DNA of 61,563 nucleotides, the filler included, from Choristocarpus tenellus KU-1152 (Eukaryota > Protista > Phaeophyceae): NCBI GenBank assembly GCA_964200185.2. It is 14 parts of 14 records of this genome, joined end to end, with 100 filler letters (N's around TTAATTAATTAA, not from the genome) between each part and the next. Parts side by side here need not be neighbours in the genome. Positions count along the whole stretch, not along the records: positions 49,377 to 53,543 come from CAXNAD020015879.1; positions 53,644 to 58,001 come from CAXNAD020014934.1; positions 58,102 to 61,563 come from CAXNAD020019871.1; 11 more parts are not named here. The stretch is one strand, 5' to 3'. This document shows positions 52,414-61,563 of this stretch, in pieces (the stretch's first letter is position 1; every line of letters begins with the position of its first letter). The position numbers and the translations under genes are program-made. The notes beneath the pieces are model-generated. The model did no database searches, was not told the DNA's origin, and saw nothing but the letters and a program-made list of their open reading frames with translations.

Positions 52414-53935
52414 CCGCAATATGGAACGGAGGGTTGCAGTGAGTCCGACGCACTACCATCTTCTCGAAATTCGTGGTCGTCTGTCACCCCCTCCCCTCAT
52501 CTAATGGGAGACATCATGCCTCCCGTTGGACATCCTGTCCTACACCATAGTTGAGGTCGGACGTGTGTTGTCGAGGCAGGGGTCATTTCTTTCATTTCAA
52601 CTACACAAGGGTGTAATGTCTATATCTCCTTCCTTTTTCAGGTGCACGTGTGCACCCCCACCTTTGGATTTTGTGTTGGTTTTTACTTATAGACGGTTCC
52701 AAACCTGTTTCTTGGTCAATTACATTCCTTACGACTACTGGTATATATTACATGGTGCGTTGTAGTTAGAAATTTATATGTATAGAGTTTTAACATCGGA
52801 AAAAATAATTTATTTCTCTATGTGTTTGCTAGAAAAAGCATATATTCTCACATCACAAATAATAATACACATCACTGCAGAAAAGAATTGTTGCATACCC
52901 CCCTTCTAAAAGTGTGGTCTTTTATATGCAGCGTTCCTCCTTCCACCCTCTTTACAGACGGAGACAACAATCAACATCGCACATTCCCCTCTCCCATGTA
53001 ACATGCTTGTTAGACATTGATATCACATGCCCCCCCTCCACAAAGGACATAATTGACATACCTCTAAAATACACAAACGGCACGCAATTACTCCCGTCGA
53101 AAAGACTCATCCCCTCGCACACCCTCAACTTACATAGAATTCACACAAATTTCTTATCCCTTTTTACCCCTCACCAATTCACGAGGCCCTCTACATCAAT
53201 TGGCAATCACATATCGCTTTATGCTGGAAATGACAATCCCTAAATACCCACCTCAATTAACACTAATCCCACCCCAGTAAGGAGATGAAGCCACGCGAGA
53301 TGATCCAACCCAATCCACACTCCACAATATACTAACAACCCAAACACCCCACCAGATAAATCGACCTCCAAAAAGGCCACTTTTTGAACATCCGAAGCTC
53401 CAAGTACATACACTAGATGCAGACTATGCAATATTCCACCCCAAAAAGACCAACCTGGTACTCCATTTATGCGTTTTTCACAACATATTCATACCATTTC
53501 CAGCACATATAGGAGGGCCCATTTGGACGCCCCAGTGCAATCCNNNNNNNNNNNNNNNNNNNNNNNNNNNNNNNNNNNNNNNNNNNNTTAATTAATTAAN
53601 NNNNNNNNNNNNNNNNNNNNNNNNNNNNNNNNNNNNNNNNNNNGACAACAAAAAAAAAAGTTGTTTCACAGAAACGGCCCCCCCCCCCCAAACCACCCCC
53701 CCCCCCCCCCAGATACTTTGATCCATTAGGGCAGATATTACCAGATGCTAGTACCCTTGCATCCTTCGCTTCACCCACTTTTCCATTCCTGTCCTTGTCA
53801 TCATCACACAACCCCCCTTGAATTGTGCAAAAACAGTAACTTAGTAACTAGCACCCCACATGTCTGATCACCAATCTCACCCACCTGCCTCACTTGCTCA
53901 GTGTCCTTCCTTTTCTACACACAGTTGTTAGTATT

Positions 53936-54196
53936 GAGTGAAAGTATCTTAGAGGGTACGAGTTTTGCCCTGTTTCTCCATTTGGGGCTCGGCTTCCCTC
54001 GGGTTTTTTTAGGATATTTTCCTACTCCAAAATATTTTGGAGTAGGTATAATGTATACGTTATGAAAAAGTGTGTCCACAACTAGGATATTGACACTTCC
54101 TCTAACAAACACGATAGCCAAAATTACACCAAAATCGCATCATTGGATTTCGGCCCCCAAACGGACGCGGCTCTACTGTCTAAGATACTTTGGCTC
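53936..54196 (-). mobile_element. MITE family A, full copy
   Basis: TIRs; TSD TATT/TATT. Confidence 0.9.
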
Positions 54197-55020
54197 TATT
54201 TCGATTCAACAGCTCACACATTAGGACAACGTTAAGTGACCCTCACAAGAGAATAAAAAGATATGAATATGAAAAAAGTCCTCCTTCCCCCACGGCAGCT
54301 TTTCACCAGATCAGGAAAAACATTATGGGACCAGCTTGGTGGCATTTCTAAGCGAAACATGTTTAAACAGGTCTTGTCCAGGGCCATTGGAAAGTATAAC
54401 TGGACTGGACTGTGGACTGGACCATGAAAAATGTCTCTTAATGGGGCTGGGAAAGAGCCATTGAGATTGTAAACACCAGAGTGCTGTTCGCTGGCTACGT
54501 TGAAATATGTCTCAAAATGGCCAGACTGGGGCCATCAGGGAAAGTATATGTGAGCTTCTCATCACTCATTAAAATGACAACTCAACATGTTGTCTGAAAA
54601 CGTCAGGCAGCTACACATTCGATGCTGACCTCTTCCTGTGCACTAGTGTAGGTGAAAATAACCTGTTGACAGAGATCTCCTTCGCCCCATCCCGCCCTCC
54701 CCCCTTCCTTCTTGCAACATTTTCCAATTCATATATTCATTTTCTGAATGTACATGTTCTGTAAGCTGCTTATCTCCCTAGTGTCATAACAGTGTGTAAA
54801 AACAATCTGTCCAGTCGGTATTCAACTATGCAGAATCTAGTTGGTTTAGAAACCAAGATAAACAAATCCAACACTCATTGATGGGATCATTTCAATGTGC
54901 CAGTGTTTTTGTCCTTCTAAGCTACAAGTTAACTGCACTGGAACAGCAGCCGAGTTGGCTGGACAAACCTCCTTTGGTTGAGGGCATGGAACAACACGCA
55001 TTCACTCTTGAGTAGTGTTT

Positions 55021-55278
55021 GAGTCAAAGTATCTCAGAGGGTGGAGCCGCGTCCATTTGGAGGCCAAAATTTAATGTTCCGATTTGATATAATTTTGACT
55101 TATCATGTTTGTTAGGGAGTGTCATTATATCCTTGTTCCGGCACACGTTTTTATAACATATAAATTTTACCTACTTCGAAATATTTTGGTGTTGGAAAAT
55201 GTCATAAAAACCTGTGGGAAGCCAAGCCCCAAACGGACAAACAGGGCAAAACTCATACCCTCTAAGATACTTTCACTC
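55021..55278 (+). mobile_element. MITE family A, full copy
   Basis: TIRs; TSD GTTT/ATTT. Confidence 0.9.
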
Positions 55279-55599
55279 ATTTGTTCTGCATTACTATCAC
55301 ATCCATGAGTGCCGAACTAATAAGGAAGGTTAAGGTTGCCTCAGTAATGAACTTGTATGAGTGACTCTTGTGCAACCTGAGAGGGAAAGGTGTTATAACA
55401 GCAGCAGTGTGGACTTCAAACTACTTCAAATCACAATACTCATGAGGACAAACTGTACTGCACAGTCTCAATCCCCAGGAGGTACAAGCATTGCAGACTT
55501 CCCAAGAGTAGTCAGTACGTAGAGATTCTTCCACTTTTTTGTGTCGTGTGCCTTATTGATCCAGCCAATGGGTGAACCAGGAAAAGAACTTCCTGAGCA

Positions 55600-57482
55600 C
55601 TCACATTAGTAGCAGCCCACGTGCCACCCACGTAACGCAGAATTTTTATTCCCAACTCCAAGCTGTATAGGCTCACCAAGCCTGCCACAATTGTACCGAG
55701 GCAACTGAGAACACTTAACCGTAAGTTTATCTCCTTGTCAATAATCCATTTCAATTGATCCACCATTGTGTGTGAAGATGAATGTAGCAGCTGGAGAAGT
55801 ATTAGGGCACAGAGGTTGTCACATCCGAGATGAACTGTGTTATTCAGAGTAGGATGTGTATGAGCACATGAGAAGGTAACCTTCACTTAGAAATGCCACA
55901 CAGAAGAAGAAATAAATATTTTCAACAACAAATTGTCTACATAGTAGCTGAACTCAAACTGTTACAATGCATGCAACCTTCTTGAGACCTCTAACACAGG
56001 TGTAAATTCATCCAGGGGATTGAGTTCACTATTGTTGAGTGCAACTATCATCCAATGCATACTGCACATTTTTTTTAATATTTGGTTCTTGTTTGATACA
56101 CTGCTGCAGATTATGTAGGAGGCTTAAGAATGGGCATATTGTACATATATTGTTCAAGGCCAGACGAAAGTTCTACACATTATTTTTCCACCAAAAGAAG
56201 CTCATGGCATACCCCGGATGGTGCTGCAAAAGTCAACTCGAGGGCAAATAGGCTAGTCGTTCATTGGTGCACCCGGGATTCTTTGATATCTTACTGAGCA
56301 GTCTTCAGAACACATGTTACCTTCATAGGCAATGAAACCAGCCAAAATTGTGTCACTAGACCCGAAGCGTAATATCCTGTTGAAACCCCTAGTGAAGAAA
56401 AAGTGCCGAAGATGCCATAATCCCCGAGCGTGATGCTTCCGTTTCCAATCAGCTCCATAGTAAAAACATAGGTCAAAGAAATGTACATTATGCTAATTGG
56501 ACAGGAAGAATGGAGGAAGGACAATCAGAGAGCCCGAGCATGGGTCACTCAATCAGGTGTTGCGGTCTCGTTGGGATTTAGATCTTCAATGTGAATAAAT
56601 TAGAGACTGGTACTTGCTTCACGATAATTACCCCATATACCCGTACCATCACCAGCATCAGGGTACCTGTGAATATTACTGTATACCACAAGGACTGCCT
56701 GTACAAGTAGGATCGTTGTAGTGAACAAGGGAACTCCCCTGTCTTAGGGAACCACCACTGTATTTGTTCCCCTATTTTTCGCATGCATATTCGAAAACCT
56801 AATCCTAGGTCTAATCCTAACTTTGTTGTGAAAATTATCCCTATCCAGTCAAGGGAACATTCTAGAAGAAGTGATGCAGCAGTACAGTGCGAAATGGGAA
56901 CCACCATCTCTGAAGGGTCTATCGCTTTTCACGTTTTCAAATACATTTTCGAGAAAACAACCTTAACCAACCCTAACCCTAAACCTAAACCTGACTGGTG
57001 TGTGAGAAATATTCCTAAGCTTTGTTTGAAGAAGTGAAAAAAGTATGAGAGAGATGGTCCCCCAAGACCGGGGTGGATCTCCGACACAGGGGAGTCCCCC
57101 TGTGAACTACCTACACCGTCCTAGTTGCAAAACTTGTACTTGTACTTCATATTCACAGATGATATATCAATTCTCCGACAAACCTTGTGCTTGCAAGAAG
57201 TCGAATACGGAGCTTGTCTTGACGAGTTTTCCGATGATGCTGAATAGCTTCTTCACCAAGCGATTGACGTAGACGAATAGACACGACAACATTGAGAGCA
57301 ATACCTACAAGAGAGAGCACCACACTTGCCACCCAGATAGTTTTGGCCAAAACGCCTGGCACACAGCTGGGTTGCCCAGTCACGTTCCTCGCAAAATATC
57401 CGACTTCACAGATGCACCCATCTCCAACGCAATAGCCAGACCCTCTCCACCAAGGATGTTGGCAATCGTACACGCATCTCAT
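55600..57482 (-). CDS. Multi-pass membrane protein with N-terminal EGF-like Cys module (3' exons unresolved)
   Basis: Phase-compatible exons 57482-57184 (MRCVYDC...GSGYCVGDGCICEVGY...SC plus TM helix), 56492-56321 (2 hydrophobic segments), 55790-~55600. Confidence 0.6.
56726..57102 (+). mobile_element. MITE family F copy in intron 1 of the EGF-TM gene
   Basis: CAAGGGAACTCCCCTGT ... ACAGGGGAGTCCCCCTG; flanks TGAA/TGAA; CCTAA tracts. Confidence 0.75.
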
Positions 57483-57938
57483 ATCTTGGCGACTACTTCG
57501 GAACAGGGATTGCTGGAAAGAAGGGAACTTTTTGAATAAGTTCTGCTGCGTCGCCTGCAAGATATACAAACAACACTAGGGCAGACCACCTGAGCAGCTT
57601 CCTATGAAGAGGGCCTCTCCCTCTCCGATGAAAGTCCCGAGCGCATGTGGTTTCTTGTCGCCGCGGTTGTGGAAGAGCATCAAAATATTGCAAGAGAAAC
57701 GGTTTCAAGTGGTTTCGTATCACTCAGTCTGATGCGCGAGACTATAGCAAGTGACTTTGACTGATTGACTACATAGACACTACTCCCTTACTACTGCTTG
57801 ACTTGTTGCCTTCTTTGGCCACCTTTTTGGGCCACAGGACTCTGGGATCCCTTCTCCAAATGTGAAGATGTGAAAATATTATCATAATTATAGATTCACT
57901 CACGTTGGGTTAATAGAATCTGAGTGGTCAGTATAATT

Positions 57939-58001
57939 AACAATCGATTTCAAAAATTGAGGATGGAACTTTTCATTGAGGATGGGCTTGACCCATAATT
58001 G
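57939..58001. mobile_element. MITE family D left end (contig end)
   Basis: AACAATCGATTTCAAAAATTGAGGATGG. Confidence 0.7.
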
Positions 58002-58635
58002 NNNNNNNNNNNNNNNNNNNNNNNNNNNNNNNNNNNNNNNNNNNNTTAATTAATTAANNNNNNNNNNNNNNNNNNNNNNNNNNNNNNNNNNNNNNNNNNN
58101 NAGAGTAAAGGGCAAGGGGTGTGTGGGGGTAGTCAACTATCTGAGCAGGTATACAACATTTCTGTAGACATGCCACATATAAGCCTTTCAACAGTAGGTG
58201 GATTTTGTCTGTGGCTTGGTTTTGCACAAGGCGCACGGCGTATGCGTATGGGCAGCCACATATGTTTGGGTAATGCATCGTCTTGCGAAATTAATCGTTG
58301 ATACCACCACCAGCACTTGGAGCAGCATTGGTTCCCTGGCAATGCTAAGGAGGAGATTAGAAAAAAAACAAAGCACCTGGTGCGGAGACAATAAATACGC
58401 ACAGATTTAAATTCAACTTTATTCCATTCCTTTCCCGCCCCTACATGCATGAAGTGAGGCAGTGTCACAATAGAGCGCCCTCGTAACTCAGTGACTAAAG
58501 ACCACTCTTCCCTTGCAAGAATGTGCTAGTTTTGAACAGCTCAGATCCAGACTTCTTAAGGGGGAAAAGATTTTCTTGATGATCCCAGCTGTACCTCAAC
58601 CACTATTACTTCTTGTCCATCGCTATTGTATACTA

Positions 58636-60225
58636 CTTCCTCCGTTTGGAATTAAATGTAACATAACTTTGGTAGCCCCCATGAAGAACGAAGACTTTGT
58701 AACACACGCTAATATGTTAAACAATCCCTATAACGAGCCCCCAGAGCTCATAATCCTCAGCACAAAGCCCACCAACTCATATAAAGAACTGTGAGCTAAC
58801 AGAGGAAGGTTGAACCGCAGTTGCTCTACGTTATGCATTGACTCTTCCTCAGGATCAAGAGAGGCTCCCAAGTTGTGTGGGGCCTAAAGTGGACAATGAG
58901 TTTTGGAGTGGGAGAGAGATGCCCTACACTGCTGTGGGCACGCGTTGACAAACAACTAGATATTGGGAATACCATCTCTCTGAAATCACAAGCACGACCT
59001 GGCCACCCGTCAGACTTTATTCCAACGAAACAGGGGAGGATCCGGGAAATCAACGCCAGTAATCACACACTGACTCTCAGTCATCTTTGTTCCAACCTCA
59101 CCGGAGCGGGCCTCAGAGTAGGCAGCTGAAACTTCATTGCTGGTTCCATGCCATGGGAGGAACGAGGGTTGAGCGGCTTAGCACCCCTAGCCTTTCCTTT
59201 ACTCAGAAGAAGGATTGGGTGGACTTCGTCCTCGAGAAGATCTCCCAACCGTAAAACGTACAGGACTGACCTCAACAATATTCATATCGTCAAGGCGTGG
59301 TTCTACCTCAGCCATGACAGAGAAAGGGTACGCATGTTAGCGGGAGAGCAAAAGGTGGGATCAACAATGATAAAGCACAAGAGACACATTCCAAAAGAGA
59401 TGCTCATCACCACTGTTTTGTGCCTGGATCCTTCCCATGATTTCAACGGCAAGATCAGGGGAATCTGGAGGGTTTACTTTATGAAGGAAGCGCAAAGGAC
59501 GACAGACCAGCAGCGCCAGAAGGAGTAGAGTAGTGCGGAGTAGTGTGGAGTATGAGGTCGACATCACCGTCACCACTGTGTGCTACCAGGAGCGGTACAC
59601 AGAGCAGATGCTGCCAGCAATGAAGGAAAAATTGCTGTGGCTGGAGTTGGGGGGGGGGGTCGTACAGTAAGACAGCGCAACCCCGCATACAAAGGCATGG
59701 TGCAGAAGCTGAACACTGCAGGGAGAAGGGAGAGATGGAAAAAATCAAGCTCGTGACGCTGCTAGCACAATCGTCGGATCTCAACATCAACAATTCAGGG
59801 GGTTTTCGCATCCCTGAATAGCAGGGTTTTCGCAGAGTGTTATAGCACCATGACAACCTTGTAGAGGGGGTTTCATCCATGTTCAACATGTACAACACAG
59901 GCACACTCGAGAGGGTGGTGTGGTATAGTCTGTTTAAGAGGTACAGTCAGGTGTTTAAGAGCGCTGGGTGGAAACGATTTCAAGGTAGAGCACACCGGGT
60001 CCAATCCAAGAAAAAAAGGCAGCGGAAGGGCAGGTTTACTAGACCGGTCGAAGCAGACCAAGTCGTCCACAAGGTGGCGCTGGATTGTTGTATTGATGAT
60101 GTCGAGTAAAGGTGAGTCATACGTATTTAATGTAGAACATTCAAAGGAATCCAACACAAAAATCCATTTTGTAATCAGAGGTCATCTCAAAGAGCTACAA
60201 CTCTACGGCACACACTTACGGGGGT
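58636..60225 (+). mobile_element. Near full-length decayed mariner (DD39D-like) transposon
   Basis: TA|CTTCCTCCGTTT Stowaway-type TIR; IHIVKAWFY, HIPKEM, FNGKI, Q*DSATPH, AQSSDLNINN motifs with frameshifts; right end degenerate. Confidence 0.8.
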
Positions 60226-61143
60226 ATATTACTGACCACTTCAATGTTGCTCTTTGTATTTCAACTACATGCGAGTGCTCTCTGCTTTGGGCAGTGGACG
60301 TTTGTCCACCCTTTTGGTGAAATTCACTCTGCTGCACTCCAGGCACTCTTCATGTTAGGACAAGACTCTACTTGGGACTCTGGCGGGAGGTCATCCTGCT
60401 CATCCTGGGCCACTGTGGCTGGCGTCAATCGATTTATTCTCTTGCCTTGCTTGTGAATTGTGACTGTTTTGGTACTGCTTTTGCCCTCTTATTTATTGTC
60501 TTCTGATACTAATTACTTCTGTTCCGCCTTCTGTCCTTCAGACGATGTTGGTCTCTGCTTCTGATGGGCTTTGTCTGTAGTACCTCTGTGCTGTCAAACT
60601 GTCCTACCAAATCGTTAGTTCAGTTTCTGTCTCCCACTCATTCTGTTGCTGCCTATTTCAAGTGCCTTACAACTTGGTCTCATGGCAGGTGTGGAATTGG
60701 TTCTATTTTCCCTTGTGTGGGGGAGCAAGACTCAACTAGTTCTGTGCAAAACTCTCTTTCAAATTAGTCGTGTGCTTTCTTTCCTCTATCTATCAGCAAA
60801 TCTATTTTGTCTCTCTTACTCTCAAAATCTTTTATTTCCCAAAGACCTCACAAATTGCCTCGTAAATGGTATGCTGTACGTGAAAATCTACCACTTCTGT
60901 TAACTGCTTTGGTTACATTGAAAAAGGCTGACGTTAACCTTGGTTCTGTCCTATACTTTTCACACGTATCACACAGGACTGCATTTTGAAAAATGACTTT
61001 CATCAAAATTTGGTTAGAATATTTAAATTGGTTCCGTTGGGCCTTTACATACACAACAATCCTATCGTAACACATAAATGTATACATATTCATTCAGTAA
61101 CAACTGCTTCTGGCAAAAATATTGGGCATGCAGATTTACCGTA

Positions 61144-61157
61144 CACACACACATACA

Positions 61158-61191
<34 letters not shown>

Positions 61192-61217
61192 CATACATAC
61201 ATACATACATATATACA
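61144..61217. repeat. (CA)n/(TACA)n microsatellite
   Basis: Direct observation. Confidence 0.9.
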
Positions 61218-61563
61218 TGATTTTCTACAGTGAAGAGCACGAACTGCCTTTAGATTTTGCGCAAAGCTTTCTTAGTGCTGACTATACTGAACCTTCACTT
61301 ATCTCGGTCAACTTCAAACCTTCTGTCACCCTAAATTGTGCAAATAACACCTGACACCATACACTTTAAAAGTTTTAATCGGCATCTATACTATAGAGTG
61401 CACAACCACTGATCAAAGTGATATAATCTTCAATCATCTTACTCACATTTACACACACACACACATATATATACATATGTATGTATCGGACTTCATCCAT
61501 AGCACCCTAGAGGTCACGTTCCCCCCCATCAGTGCGCCACACTCCCCAACCACCAAAACAGCC

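Overview
Intron-rich eukaryotic DNA, most consistent with a brown alga or close stramenopile relative (inferred from a 126-nt TPR exon in an NB-ARC-TPR gene, TTAGGG motifs and the transposon types). It is not one continuous locus: 14 short contigs are joined by 13 artificial 100-nt linkers (N44-TTAATTAATTAA-N44), so adjacency across linkers means nothing. Host genes are fragments: a multi-exon secreted Agd3/CE18-like polysaccharide deacetylase (minus, 15022-19788), part of an NB-ARC-TPR gene, exon 1 of NOP15/NIFK, the last exon of a formate/nitrite transporter, an EGF-like plus multi-TM protein, and an exon rich in RPx[S/T]A motifs. The rest is mostly mobile DNA: a spliced Sola2-type transposase with two Tudor-like C-terminal modules, several MITE families with apparent 4-bp TSDs (about 30 copies or ends), and decayed mariner (DD39D-like), pogo, Copia, RTE and CRE-like elements. 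The best leads are the algal CE18-like deacetylase, the Sola2-Tudor transposase with its MITEs, and a 90-nt G-U-only hairpin disrupted by a MITE. All family assignments come from recognising motifs by eye; no searches were run.
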